The notes under the pieces were generated by a model. It had not been told where the DNA came from, searched no databases, and was given only the letters and a program-made list of their open reading frames with translations. The position numbers and the translations under genes are program-made. 64,000 bases of DNA from Phycisphaerae bacterium (GTDB lineage Bacteria; Planctomycetota; Phycisphaerae; UBA1845): the NCBI GenBank assembly GCA_963666835.2, contig CAXXGO010000006.1:2112001-2176000 (forward strand), written 5' to 3'. This document shows, piece after piece, positions 1-9,939 of the stretch (the first letter of the stretch is position 1; the number at the start of each line of letters is the position of its first letter).

Positions 1-1
1 G

Positions 2-1468
2 GAGCAGGCGACTCAGGTCTACATGGAGGCTTACGTAAAAGCCTGGAGCGATGCGTACGCGGAGAAAGAACTTACCAGCCTGCAACGCCTGACTGAGCGG
101 GTGAGTGATTGGGGGCAGCTTGCCGAGCGGTTCGAGGGCCGCAAGGAAACGCGGGGTGTCAACCGCTATGAAATCGCCGAAGAGTTCGCCAATGCGCTAA
201 GCTGTATCCTGCGAGCCGTTCCTTGGGCTACGTATCGCTCCGACGGTTACAGTTGGGATTCCGCAAGCGATCCGGAGTGGCAGAGAGTGTCTTTCTTGAT
301 GGAGGACGCGATTCGGCAGTCGTGGGATCAGGATCGGCTGGGACGCTTCGTGTTCGACAGGAAAGCAACCGGCTCGATCGGCAAGACCGGCGAGCAGCCG
401 TGGGACGTCGTCGCGGGCTTGTTCAGGGATAAGTGGTTGACCTTGTCGGAGGAGATCGGCAGGAACGTGGCACTTCCGGAGAGGTTCGACCTTCCGGATA
501 GTAAGGGCGGGGTCGCAGTTTCCTGGGGCGGCTTGCAGGATCTGCGTGAGGCCTATCGGATCGACGATGAAGACCGCTTGACCGGGGCGCTGGTGCGTTT
601 CGAGGAGCGGGCTCAGTCTCTGTTGAGTGTCGAGCTGTCCCGCATTTTGTATGATATTCAGGAACGCTCTTTCCGGGGCGACCAGCCGTTAGACGGTTGG
701 CCGTATCTTGAAGGTGAGGCATACGGGCCGAACGCTCTGGACACGGTGGGCTTCCGTGAGTTCGTCGAGTTTCTGGTTAAGATCCACCGTGCGAAAGAAG
801 CGTTCCGCGAAGTGGAAAGCTCGCTGACGGATCGTGCTCCGGGTCGCCGGGAGCGAAAAGAACTGTACCGGGTCTGCGAGGAGTGGTTTAAGTTCCTCGA
901 GCTCGAGGACAACCTCAGAGTTCAACCGTCGCCCTTGGAGGTTACGGTTCAGGGTGACACTGACGCGACAGCGGCTCCCTTCGGTCGAGAGCGGGTGGAT
1001 GAGACGGCCCAGTTCGTCGCCCGATACATCGTTATGAATCTCGGGCTGACGCTCGGTAAGGACGAACGCGCCGGGGAAGGCACCGATCTGCGAATCCACA
1101 CCGAGACGGATGAAAAGGTCAAGACCCGGCACGCGACGTGGGATTGGCCGACCGGCGGAGGGGAGTTGTCCGTCAGACTCGAGGATATGCTGCCCGGAGT
1201 TAAGGTGGTGCAGCCTTCGAAGATGTTGGGGCGGTCGTCACCCTTGGCGCTGTGCGCGTACCTGCACCGGTACGGAAAGAGCTATAGTGGTGACGCGACT
1301 CGTTGGTTTGTCGTGCATGCGTTCGAGCGGGATTTGGCGGCATCCGAGGCGGAGAGTTCCCGGATGAAAAAGTCGCGCGTCGGCGAGAAGATCGTGTTCA
1401 AACTCGAACGCGGTCTGCCGGAGCCGATCGCCAAGTTGAACCGGGTCAAGGCAAGTGCTTCGGATTGA
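2..1468 (+). CDS. 5'-truncated T6SS protein, probable C-terminal part of TssM/IcmF
   Basis: Frame is open from position 2 (EQATQVYMEAYVKAWSDAY, like the TssM 'Y..dYi..W' helix). Directly upstream of tagF-tssA, the usual tssM position. Otherwise divergent. Confidence 0.5.
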   Translation, partial: EQATQVYMEAYVKAWSDAYAEKELTSLQRLTERVSDWGQLAERFEGRKETRGVNRYEIAEEFANALSCILRAVPWATYRSDGYSWDSASDPEWQRVSFLMEDAIRQSWDQDRLGRFVFDRKATGSIGKTGEQPWDVVAGLFRDKWLTLSEEIGRNVALPERFDLPDSKGGVAVSWGGLQDLREAYRIDDEDRLTGALVRFEERAQSLLSVELSRILYDIQERSFRGDQPLDGWPYLEGEAYGPNALDTVGFREFVEFLVKIHRAKEAFREVESSLTDRAPGRRERKELYRVCEEWFKFLELEDNLRVQPSPLEVTVQGDTDATAAPFGRERVDETAQFVARYIVMNLGLTLGKDERAGEGTDLRIHTETDEKVKTRHATWDWPTGGGELSVRLEDMLPGVKVVQPSKMLGRSSPLALCAYLHRYGKSYSGDATRWFVVHAFERDLAASEAESSRMKKSRVGEKIVFKLERGLPEPIAKLNRVKASASD

Positions 1469-1516
1469 TCACCGCATGCGGTGATGTCCGCGAATGTCCT
1501 GGAGGGTGGCTGGTCT

Positions 1517-2521
1517 ATGGGCTGGGCAGACATCTTCAAGTCCAAATCGGGCAAGCTTAAGCCGGACCCGCGGATCCGTTGGTTCGGAAAGCTCCCGACC
1601 TATCCCGACTACTACCGTTCGCCGTCCGATGAAGAGTGGGTCGTCGAATTCAATGATTGGGTCCTCAAGGGGTTCGAGGTCTACGAGCACCGCCGAGCAG
1701 GTGCCGGACGCGCCAAAGCGCGGATGCCGCTCTCTGCCGGGATTATTCGCCTTCCCAAGTCCGGCATGACCGCGCTGGCTTCCATTCTGGATTTTGGGGG
1801 CGATCAGCGGGGCAGACCTTTCCCGATCTGTTTCTATGTGGGAGTGCCGACTTCGCAGTGGCCGGGGCCGACCAGCGATAGGGTCCTCGCCGCCGCCAAT
1901 GTGGCGGAGAAGCTGCTCGCGTTGCGAAACGAGGTGGCGTCGTTCGTCAATGTTCCGGGGCACTTCGAAACGGTCTTCGGTGGACGGGAGGCCGATCTTA
2001 CTGCGCTTGATAACGGAGAAGAGGACAAGTCGTGGCAGGCGCCGGCCAAGGCGGTTGCGATGACGGACTGGTTTGAAGGCGTGCGGAGCATTCTCAAGAC
2101 CTCCGATCAGACCGCCTGGCTGCAGCTTGCGGCGGAGTGCGGGGATAACATCGCCAGGTTGGAATCCAAGGACTTCGAGCCGACGCTACGGTTTCCGCTG
2201 GCCTGGCGGATCGCGGCGGGGGCGCAGATTGCCGGGTGGATAAGCTGGTTGGGGTCGCGGTTGGATTTGGAGCGTCGGACGGTTTCGCTGGTGGTCTCCG
2301 GAGAACTGGATCGGGGTCCGGGCCACTTGGCGGTGATCGCCCGAGATATAGTGCCAGATGATTTTCTGCTGTTTACGGCGCAGGCGGGAAGCCTGTCCTA
2401 CCTGGACGACCTATCGGAACTTGAGGCGTCGGACCAGAACGACGATAGCAAAGTGTCTGTTGACTCATCTGGGTCGGGTGCGTCCCTGTCAGCGAGCTGG
2501 TTCGAATTCGTGAAGGGGTAG
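1517..2521 (+). CDS. tagF: T6SS-associated TagF/ImpM (DUF2094)-like protein
   Basis: WFGKLPTYPDY and DQRGRPFP motifs typical of TagF. GGAGG at 1501-1505 precedes ATG 1517. Confidence 0.75.
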   Translation: MGWADIFKSKSGKLKPDPRIRWFGKLPTYPDYYRSPSDEEWVVEFNDWVLKGFEVYEHRRAGAGRAKARMPLSAGIIRLPKSGMTALASILDFGGDQRGRPFPICFYVGVPTSQWPGPTSDRVLAAANVAEKLLALRNEVASFVNVPGHFETVFGGREADLTALDNGEEDKSWQAPAKAVAMTDWFEGVRSILKTSDQTAWLQLAAECGDNIARLESKDFEPTLRFPLAWRIAAGAQIAGWISWLGSRLDLERRTVSLVVSGELDRGPGHLAVIARDIVPDDFLLFTAQAGSLSYLDDLSELEASDQNDDSKVSVDSSGSGASLSASWFEFVKG

Positions 2522-2532
2522 GCCGCAGTAGC

Positions 2533-2560
2533 TTGACTTCGTGTTTCGCAGGGCTATTGT
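2533..2560 (+). promoter_or_regulatory. Candidate sigma70 promoter upstream of tssA
   Basis: TTGACT-N16-TATTGT in the tagF-tssA gap. Confidence 0.35.
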
Positions 2561-2777
2561 GCGTGAAGGTTCGATAATACTGCTCATACCGAATCCTCTG
2601 CAGCGTTCGGCGCGACAGACCGGCAGACCCAGGTTGAAACGCGGGTTTGGGTAACCGATTGCCGGCTTTGGACCGGCGGGGTTGCCTGGGGCAGAAGGTG
2701 TGTCTTGGGGGATCGAGCAGATCCTGCAAGATGAGGGTTGGGTGGATGCCAGAGGGTATTCACTCCGGGTGAGGCCG

Positions 2778-4346
2778 ATGCCGCCGTTAGACGAGAATCC
2801 GATCCTTGCGCTGGGCCGTGACCCGATTGCGGAATGCGGGCCGTGCGGAATCGATGCAGCCGACGACGAGCAGTACATTGCCGTCGGCGCGGAGATGACG
2901 GGGGTCGATCGGATTGAGGCGGAAGAGCCCGACTGGTACACGATCGAACAGAACGCCATCAACATCCTGAAGATGAAGTCCAAAGATGTGGACATGGCGT
3001 CGGCACTCGGGCACGCGTTGTTTAAGCGCTATTCGTATGCCGGTTTGGCTGCGGTTCTCGGGCTGTTCGGGGGACTCGTCAACAACTTCTGGGATGGACT
3101 GTATCCGGAACGTCCGCGGCGGCGGAAGGCTCGGATGGAGACTCTGGCCGACCGGTTCACGGAACAACAGTGGTTTCGTGACAACCAGCCCAAGCCCGAT
3201 GATTTCGACGCCCTGGACCTTTGTGTGGTAAGAGCGGACGAGCTGAAGGCGGCGCTGACCGCCAAGATGCCGGACGACCCGCCCGAGTTGGACAAGTTCA
3301 TTCGCGGTCTGAAGGACCATGCGGCTAAACGTCCCAAGCCTGCGGCTGCTCCGGCAGCGGCGGCGCCTGCCGCGGAAGGTGCCGCGGCGCCGTCTGCGGA
3401 AGGGGCTGCTTTCGTCGGCGGCGACGTGGCGGATGCCGGCGCGGCGCTGAACGCGATTCTGAGCGCGGCCACGTTTCTTCGCAAGGCGGATGTAGCGGAT
3501 CCCGTGCCTTATGCGGTGGTGCGGGTGCTCAAGTGGTCGAAAATATCCTTGCCGAAATCGGATGAGGCCAAGTTCCAGATCGAGCCGCCGGAAGCCTCGC
3601 GTGTCGATACGTTGACTCACCAACACGCCAATGGAATCTGGGAGAATCTGCTGAAAAACGCCGAAGCCGCGTTTCGCTCTTGTGATCCGTTGTGGCTCGA
3701 CCTGCAGCGCTACGTATGTTCGGCGATGCAGGGGCTCGGCTCGGCGTACGACAAAGCGCGAGAGGCGGTTACCGTTCAGACGGCCGGTCTGGTCAGGCGG
3801 TTGGGCGAGGGGCTCTTCGAGTTGACGTTTCGGTCGGGCATGCCGTTGTGCAGCGGGGAGACCCGGATGTGGCTCGAATCGGAGATTGCCCCCGCGGGAG
3901 GTGGAGGCGGAGGTAGTAGTGCCGCTGGTGTGGCAGATAGGCGTCTCCAGGAGGCCACCGAGAAGGCTCGGAAGCTGGCCGGCTCCGGAAAACTGAAGGA
4001 AGGCCTGGCCGAGTTGCAGGAAGGGCTAACCGCATGCACGGAGCGGCGGGATCGATTCCTGTGGCGCGGCCGAATAGCCCAGTTGTGCCTGGAAGCGCAG
4101 CGGTTCCGGCTGGCCGGGTCGCTGCTGGAAGAGTGTTACGAGGAAATCCGGCGGTATCACATTGACGAGTGGGAGCCGGCTTTGGCGGGGGATATTGCCC
4201 GCGCGTTGTACCGTTGTCGAAAGTCTTTGATTTCGTCTGAGAAGACGCCGCCGCCCGAGGCTCTGCAGGCGGTTCGTGAATCGTTTGCGTGGCTATGCCA
4301 GTTGGACCCGCTGGCGGCCCTGGCCGCAGAGCCTTCGGCCAAATGA
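2778..4346 (+). CDS. tssA: T6SS protein TssA (ImpA_N + VasJ-like domain)
   Basis: ImpA_N motifs (PDW, KSKDV, FWDGLYP), Pro/Ala linker and LWLDLQRY motif. Start chosen at ATG 2778 after GGGTGAGG. Confidence 0.85.
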   Translation: MPPLDENPILALGRDPIAECGPCGIDAADDEQYIAVGAEMTGVDRIEAEEPDWYTIEQNAINILKMKSKDVDMASALGHALFKRYSYAGLAAVLGLFGGLVNNFWDGLYPERPRRRKARMETLADRFTEQQWFRDNQPKPDDFDALDLCVVRADELKAALTAKMPDDPPELDKFIRGLKDHAAKRPKPAAAPAAAAPAAEGAAAPSAEGAAFVGGDVADAGAALNAILSAATFLRKADVADPVPYAVVRVLKWSKISLPKSDEAKFQIEPPEASRVDTLTHQHANGIWENLLKNAEAAFRSCDPLWLDLQRYVCSAMQGLGSAYDKAREAVTVQTAGLVRRLGEGLFELTFRSGMPLCSGETRMWLESEIAPAGGGGGGSSAAGVADRRLQEATEKARKLAGSGKLKEGLAELQEGLTACTERRDRFLWRGRIAQLCLEAQRFRLAGSLLEECYEEIRRYHIDEWEPALAGDIARALYRCRKSLISSEKTPPPEALQAVRESFAWLCQLDPLAALAAEPSAK

Positions 4347-4379
4347 TCTTGAGGTCTCAAGCGTAAAAGGAGCCGACTC

Positions 4380-4958
4380 ATGGCAAAAGGACCGTCAAAA
4401 GCTCGCGAGTCGCGGGTGAATATTGCGATATCTGATCGCCTGCGGGGCGGCGCCGAACCGGAGCTGCCGTTCAGGGTTCTGGTAATGGGGGATTACACTC
4501 TCAAGGACGACAAACGGGACATTTACGATCGCCAGCCGGTTGACATCAATAAAACGAACTTCGATTCGGTGATGCAGAGTTTCAACCTGTCGCTGGATTT
4601 GAATGTAGCCGACCGTATCAGCGGTGAGGGTGAGATTCCCGTTTCCATGAAGTTCGGTACGCTCAAGGATTTTCGTCCGGAGGCCATCGCCCGGCAGGTG
4701 CCTCAGACCAAGAAGCTCTTGGAGCTGCGCGATGCCATGAAGGCCCTGCGTCCTAAGATGGGCGACAAGGCTGCCCAGAAGGAACTGATGGGGGCGATCA
4801 AGGACCCGGAAGTGCGAGACAAGATTGTCGGGATGATCTCGGCGGCCACGACTCCGCCGCCGGCTGCGGAAGCGCCGGCCCCCGCTGCTGAGTCGGAAGC
4901 AACGCCGGAGGAACCGACCGGCGACGCTCCTACCGAACCGACGGCGCCTGCGGAGTAG
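4380..4958 (+). CDS. tssB: T6SS contractile sheath small subunit
   Basis: ELPFRVLVMGDY, INKTNFDSVM and DFRPEAIARQVP motifs. Pro/Ala/Glu-rich tail. Confidence 0.93.
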   Translation: MAKGPSKARESRVNIAISDRLRGGAEPELPFRVLVMGDYTLKDDKRDIYDRQPVDINKTNFDSVMQSFNLSLDLNVADRISGEGEIPVSMKFGTLKDFRPEAIARQVPQTKKLLELRDAMKALRPKMGDKAAQKELMGAIKDPEVRDKIVGMISAATTPPPAAEAPAPAAESEATPEEPTGDAPTEPTAPAE

Positions 4959-5034
4959 ACGGGCAACGAAAACGACAACCCGCTGAGCCGGCGTGGCGAT
5001 CGATCGGCCGGCTCTTCAATGGAGGAATATCCCA

Positions 5035-6519
5035 ATGGCAGAACAACCCCAACAGGCGGCGGCAGGATCTGCGGCTTCGGACACAACAGCGGTCGATGCG
5101 TTGATCGATAGCTGGGATCTCGACAATGACTACCGCGATCTCTACCGCAAGGGGATTGCCGGCATTGTTCAGAAAGCGGCCGGACTCGATCTGGACAAGA
5201 TCATTGTAAACAAGCAGGTAGTAGACGACTTCATCGCGGAGATTGACCAGCAGATCAGCGCCCAGGTCAACGAGATCCTGCACGACTCCCAGTTCCAGGC
5301 GCTGGAGTCCTCGTGGCGAAGTCTGTGGTATCTGGTCGACAATACGGAGTTCCGGCAGAACATCCGCATCGAGGTCTTGAACGCTTCCAAGCAGGATTTG
5401 CTGGAGGACTTCCAGGACTGCAAGGACTGGCAAAAATCAGGACTCTTCCAAACGGTCTACCGCGACCAGTACAATACGTTCGGTGGTAACCCCATAGGAC
5501 TGATGGTCTCCAATTACGCTTTTGACAACTCGAATCCCGATGTAGAGTTGCTTAGCGAGATCTCACGCGTCGGGGCGGTGGCGAAGTGCCCGTTCCTCGG
5601 CGGAGCAAGCCCGAAACTGTTCGGGAAGAAGGAAGAGTCATTCGCGGGTCTTCCGAAGCTCGCGGAGATGTACGAGATCTTCGAACAGCCTCAGTATACG
5701 AAGTGGAATGCGTTCCGGGACTCGGACGATTCTCGCTACGTAGGTCTGTGCATGCCGCGGTTCCTGCTCCGCAAGCCGTACACGGTCGAAGACCAGGACG
5801 TTAAGGATTTTACCTTCGAGGAAGATGTGCGGCTCGAGACGCACGACAACTACCTTTGGGGCAACGCGGCTTTCGCCATGGCCGGGCGCATGACCGAAAG
5901 TTTCGCGGGGTACGGATGGTACAACTCTATAGTGGGCCCCAACAGCGGCGGGACCGTGCCCGATCTCCCCTTGCATCAGTACGAAGCGACGGGGCAATAT
6001 CATACGAAGATCCCTACCGAGACGTTGATTTCGGAAGATATGGACGTCGACCTGTGCAACTTCGGGTTGATTCCGCTGGTCATGCGCAAAGGTTCGGATA
6101 ACGCCGCCTTCTTCGACGCGCCTTCGGCGAAGAGGGTCGGCAAGTTCCCGGACACGGCCGAGGGACAAGAAGACGAGACCCGGGCTCGGCTCGGCATGTC
6201 GTTGCCCTACCTGATGATCTCTTGCCGTATCGCCCATTATCTCAAGGTGATCTGGCGCGAGAATATGGGGCGGGTCATGGACGCGGACAAAATGGTCAAC
6301 GAGATCAACAAGTGGCTCAAGCAGTACTGCCGTCAGGGATCGCTTGATGACAAGCTGGCGGCCAAGTACCCCCTGAAGGAGATCCAGGTCACGGCCGAGC
6401 CGGTTCCCGGAAAGCCGGGGATGTTCAAGTCGGAGATTCAGATGGTTCCGCACTTCAAACTCAAGGGCGTGGAGATCGAGTTGTCGATGGTCGGGCAGTT
6501 CGACCCGCCGCCGGCGTAG
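5035..6519 (+). CDS. tssC: T6SS contractile sheath large subunit
   Basis: QVNEILH..FQALESSWRSL, YLWGNAAF and LPYLMISCRIAHYLKV motifs. GGAGG RBS before ATG 5035. Confidence 0.95.
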   Translation: MAEQPQQAAAGSAASDTTAVDALIDSWDLDNDYRDLYRKGIAGIVQKAAGLDLDKIIVNKQVVDDFIAEIDQQISAQVNEILHDSQFQALESSWRSLWYLVDNTEFRQNIRIEVLNASKQDLLEDFQDCKDWQKSGLFQTVYRDQYNTFGGNPIGLMVSNYAFDNSNPDVELLSEISRVGAVAKCPFLGGASPKLFGKKEESFAGLPKLAEMYEIFEQPQYTKWNAFRDSDDSRYVGLCMPRFLLRKPYTVEDQDVKDFTFEEDVRLETHDNYLWGNAAFAMAGRMTESFAGYGWYNSIVGPNSGGTVPDLPLHQYEATGQYHTKIPTETLISEDMDVDLCNFGLIPLVMRKGSDNAAFFDAPSAKRVGKFPDTAEGQEDETRARLGMSLPYLMISCRIAHYLKVIWRENMGRVMDADKMVNEINKWLKQYCRQGSLDDKLAAKYPLKEIQVTAEPVPGKPGMFKSEIQMVPHFKLKGVEIELSMVGQFDPPPA

Positions 6520-6744
6520 GGCGATAAGTTGGAGGCATGCGGGGAACGCGGTAACTGGGGATAAGCTCGGGGAGGGTGGTAACATGGGCCCACCCCAAAC
6601 GCTTGAGGCGGGCTCCAGACCCCAGATCGCCATCGTTACCGAAAGATATGGCGGCGGCGTTCGTCGCGTCGCACGGGTCGTAAGTCGTTGCATAGCAGGC
6701 ATTAACGGCGAAACGTCGGGATTTCATCGGTTTTTTTGCCGAAC

Positions 6745-6760
6745 CGGCACACGGTTTGCG
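6745..6760 (+). promoter_or_regulatory. sigma54 (-24/-12) promoter upstream of hcp
   Basis: CGGCAC-ACGGT-TTGCG, with GG-N10-GC spacing matching TGGCAC-N5-TTGC. Preceded by a T-tract, within a 415-bp intergenic gap. Confidence 0.7.
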
Positions 6761-6934
6761 ACAGACGATAGATAAGGCAGATGAAGGCCGCACAATTCGA
6801 CTGAGCGGCGTTATCAAGAGGAATGGAATTAAGAGGAACCGGCAACTGGGCTAGCCCCCCAAACCAGAGCCCCGCGTTGGGAGCCTAAGGGGCGGGAGGT
6901 TCAACCGTGCCAGAAGGAAAAGGAGAGACGACCG

Positions 6935-7411
6935 ATGCCAACTCCATGTAATCTGAAAGTGGCGGAGTATCCGGGTTCTTCAGAGAAAGAGGGACGTGAG
7001 GATACTAGTGACGTTTTCGAGATTGAGCATCACATTCATCAGCCCGTCGATGCGACGACGGGAATGGCCACCGGCGTGCGGGTACACGCGCCGTTTCGGA
7101 TTGTCAAGGTTGTTGACAAGGCGACGCCGGGCTTCCACAAGGCTCTGTGTACCGGGCAGAATCTGGCGGAGGTGAGCGTTCATTTCTATCGCATCGATCC
7201 GTCGACCCGGGAGGAGGCCGAGTACTACCGGATCACGTTGCGGCAAGCGCGCATCGTCGACATGCAGCCATATATGCCGATGAGCTTCGTGCCGGCCAAC
7301 GAGAGCTATCGCCACATGGAGCAGGTCAGTTTCGTGTACGAGGAGATCGAGTGGAACTGGCTGGTGGACAGTGTGGTGGAGATGGACAAGTGGCGCGCCC
7401 CGGGTAGCTAA
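6935..7411 (+). CDS. hcp: T6SS tube protein Hcp (TssD)
   Basis: GVRVHAPFRIVKVVDKATP, YYRITL and HMEQVSFVYEEIEW motifs. AAGGAG RBS. Confidence 0.95.
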   Translation: MPTPCNLKVAEYPGSSEKEGREDTSDVFEIEHHIHQPVDATTGMATGVRVHAPFRIVKVVDKATPGFHKALCTGQNLAEVSVHFYRIDPSTREEAEYYRITLRQARIVDMQPYMPMSFVPANESYRHMEQVSFVYEEIEWNWLVDSVVEMDKWRAPGS

Positions 7412-7437
7412 GGTCCCGCGTCTTCTAGGTGGAAGCG

Positions 7438-7462
7438 CGCCGCGCGGGTTAACCGCGCGGCG
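7438..7462. repeat. GC-rich palindrome after hcp (mRNA-stabilising or REP-like hairpin)
   Basis: CGCCGCGCGG-GTTAA-CCGCGCGGCG, a perfect 10-bp stem. Confidence 0.55.
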
Positions 7463-7499
7463 TCGCGTCAAGCCTCCGGTTTCGGTGAGGTGACCGCGG

Positions 7500-7931
7500 A
7501 TGGGCCGTGAACGGATGCTCCTGGACAGGATTGCGGATCCCGGGTCTGGGCAGCGCCGCCGCTACGAACCGTCATCCGGGGAGGACCTGGAAGCGTTGAT
7601 GGGGTCTGTGCGGCGGCAGTTGGGCCGGTTGCTCAATTCTCGCCACGGGATGAGTGAGGCTATTCCCGATTACGGTTTGCCGGTCCTGTCCGATCTGACC
7701 GTGGGAAGCGCCGATTACATTCCTCGGGTCCAAGAGGCGATTCGCGTGGCGGTTGAGAAGTATGAACCCCGGCTGCGCCGGGTTCGGGTCAGCCGTATCA
7801 CGGATGAGGAGGTGCCGAGCCGTACGCTTTCGTTTCGCGTGGATGCCGTGTTGATCGGTGAAACGGGCGAGCACCGGGTCTGTTATGAAACGCAGGTCGC
7901 AGGAGACGGGCGGCTGGCGGTGTCCGAATAG
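7500..7931 (+). CDS. tssE: T6SS baseplate subunit TssE (gp25-like)
   Basis: LGRLLNSR, DYGLP and YEPRLRRVRV motifs. Confidence 0.92.
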   Translation: MGRERMLLDRIADPGSGQRRRYEPSSGEDLEALMGSVRRQLGRLLNSRHGMSEAIPDYGLPVLSDLTVGSADYIPRVQEAIRVAVEKYEPRLRRVRVSRITDEEVPSRTLSFRVDAVLIGETGEHRVCYETQVAGDGRLAVSE

Positions 7932-8126
7932 TCTTGATCCGAAGTCGCGGAACGAGCTGACTGCGCCCAACGGTTCGACCCCGGGCGGGTTGCCCGGGGG
8001 CTCGCCGGCTTGGGTCCCCGCGGTAGCGAACCTGTTCGGCGATGGAGGCTGTGCCGGTCCGAGGAAACGACGTGCGGGATGCGTTGCCGCACGGGATCGG
8101 GCCGGAGATTCTGATCGGCGGCTGGT

Positions 8127-9938
8127 GTGAGCAACACATACTACCAGGACGAGTTGCGCTATCTTCGGGAGGTCGGTCCGGAGTTTGCCCGGGTCAACCC
8201 CGAGATCGCGCGGATGTTGGCGGACCGGGGTACTGATCCCGATGTGGAGCGGCTGCTCGAGGGGGTGGCGTTCCTCTGCGGCCGGATTCGGCAGAAGCTC
8301 GACGACGAGCTGCCGGAGATTACGGCGAGTATGATGTCGCTGCTCTGGCCGCATTACCTGACCCCCATTCCCTCGATCACCATTCTGGAGTTTCTTCCGG
8401 AGGCGGAGGCGATGCAGGCTCCGTTTGTTGTCGAGGCGGGTGCGGAGTTCGCGAGCGTTCCGGTAGACGGCACGCGGTGCCGCTACCGTTCGTGCTGGGC
8501 GGAGAAACTCCGTCCCTGGTCGGTCGAGGACGTTCGTCTCGAGAGTGAGGCGGCTCGACCGGTACGCCTGGTCATTAAGATGAAGACTTCAGCGAAAGCC
8601 ACGTTGGACCAGCTTGAGCTTGATTCGACTCGCTTCTATCTGGCCGGTGACGCCCTCACGTCGTTCACTTTGTATCTGCTGCTGGGTGCGCATGTGGACC
8701 ATGTGGCGATTAGTGACGGGTCCTCGTCACCGAGCCGCCGCGAGCGCCGGCTGGGACCGGAGCACGTCAATACCGCTGGTCTGGATCGCGACATGGCGGT
8801 TCTACCGTACCCGGCGCACAGCTTCGCCGGGTATCGGCTCTTGCAGGAGTATCTGGCTCTTAAGGATCGCTTCCTCTTCGTGGAATTCTCCCAGATTGAC
8901 CGGGCGGTGCGCGAGTTGGAACTGACCGATACGATGGAGCTGGCGATCACGTTCAATCGCCGCATGGAAGCGCTCCCGATGGTGTCGCGCGCGAACGTGC
9001 GGACTCATTGCGTTCCCATTATCAACTTGTTTGCGCACCCGGCCGACCCGATTCGAATCCGGCATGATCGGACCCAGTATCTGATTCAGCCGGGAAAAGC
9101 CGGACTGGCCGATCGGCGCCACGCGGAAGTGTATTCAATCGATCAGGTGTTCGGGCTGGTTCATGCTGAAGGTCTGGAATCGCGCCAGTATGCGCCATTC
9201 TACTCGTTTCGGCATGTAGCCGCGACTGACGCTCGGGAAGCGCGATACTATCAAACGCACGTAGTGCCGAATATCTCCGGGGGTGATCCGCGCTTAGGGA
9301 CTGACACATATCTGTCGTTCGTGGCCGGTGGTCGGACGGGGCACTTACCTTTGGAGGAGACGATCTCAGTCGAGCTGACCTGCACCAATCGGGACCTGCC
9401 CGCCAATCTGCGGGCGGGGGACATCTGTGAGCCGACGGACAGCTCTCCGCCGGCCTGCCGGTTCCGCAACCTGCTCAAGCCGACGGCGACGGTTTGTCCG
9501 CCGTTGGGGCGGGCGTTGCATTGGCGGCTTATCTCGCACATGTCGCTGAACCACGTGTCGCTGGCGAGTGCGGAGAACTTCAAAGAGCTTCTGCGCGTTT
9601 ACGATTTCCAATCGGAGCACGACGCCCAGCAGGCCCACGCTTATCGGCGGATGTTGGATGGGATTATCAGTATCCGGTCGTCTTTCTATGAGCGGTTGAT
9701 CCGCGGTGCGGCAGCCCGCGGGTCGAAGATCGAGGTGGAGCTGAACGAGGATCACTTCGCGGGAGAGGGGGACGCCTATCTCTTCGCGACGATCCTCGAC
9801 CGCTTTATGGGTCTGTATGCGACGCTCAATGGTTTTAGTCAACTTTCGGTCCGGATGGTCCGTAGTGGGCAAGTCTACTCTTTCCCGCCGCGCTGGGGGG
9901 AACAACTGACCCCGGCGGCGACGAGAGCGGGGGCATAG
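8127..9938 (+). CDS. tssF: T6SS baseplate subunit TssF
   Basis: YYQDELRYLRE, DPDVERLLEGVAFL and GYRLLQEY motifs. GTG start. Confidence 0.95.
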   Translation: MSNTYYQDELRYLREVGPEFARVNPEIARMLADRGTDPDVERLLEGVAFLCGRIRQKLDDELPEITASMMSLLWPHYLTPIPSITILEFLPEAEAMQAPFVVEAGAEFASVPVDGTRCRYRSCWAEKLRPWSVEDVRLESEAARPVRLVIKMKTSAKATLDQLELDSTRFYLAGDALTSFTLYLLLGAHVDHVAISDGSSSPSRRERRLGPEHVNTAGLDRDMAVLPYPAHSFAGYRLLQEYLALKDRFLFVEFSQIDRAVRELELTDTMELAITFNRRMEALPMVSRANVRTHCVPIINLFAHPADPIRIRHDRTQYLIQPGKAGLADRRHAEVYSIDQVFGLVHAEGLESRQYAPFYSFRHVAATDAREARYYQTHVVPNISGGDPRLGTDTYLSFVAGGRTGHLPLEETISVELTCTNRDLPANLRAGDICEPTDSSPPACRFRNLLKPTATVCPPLGRALHWRLISHMSLNHVSLASAENFKELLRVYDFQSEHDAQQAHAYRRMLDGIISIRSSFYERLIRGAAARGSKIEVELNEDHFAGEGDAYLFATILDRFMGLYATLNGFSQLSVRMVRSGQVYSFPPRWGEQLTPAATRAGA

Positions 9939-9939
9939 C

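Noticed and set aside
6770..6934. c-di-GMP riboswitch in the hcp leader
   Set aside because: Lacks the GGCAAAC..GAAA..GACGCAAA core of class I and shows no convincing class II pattern.
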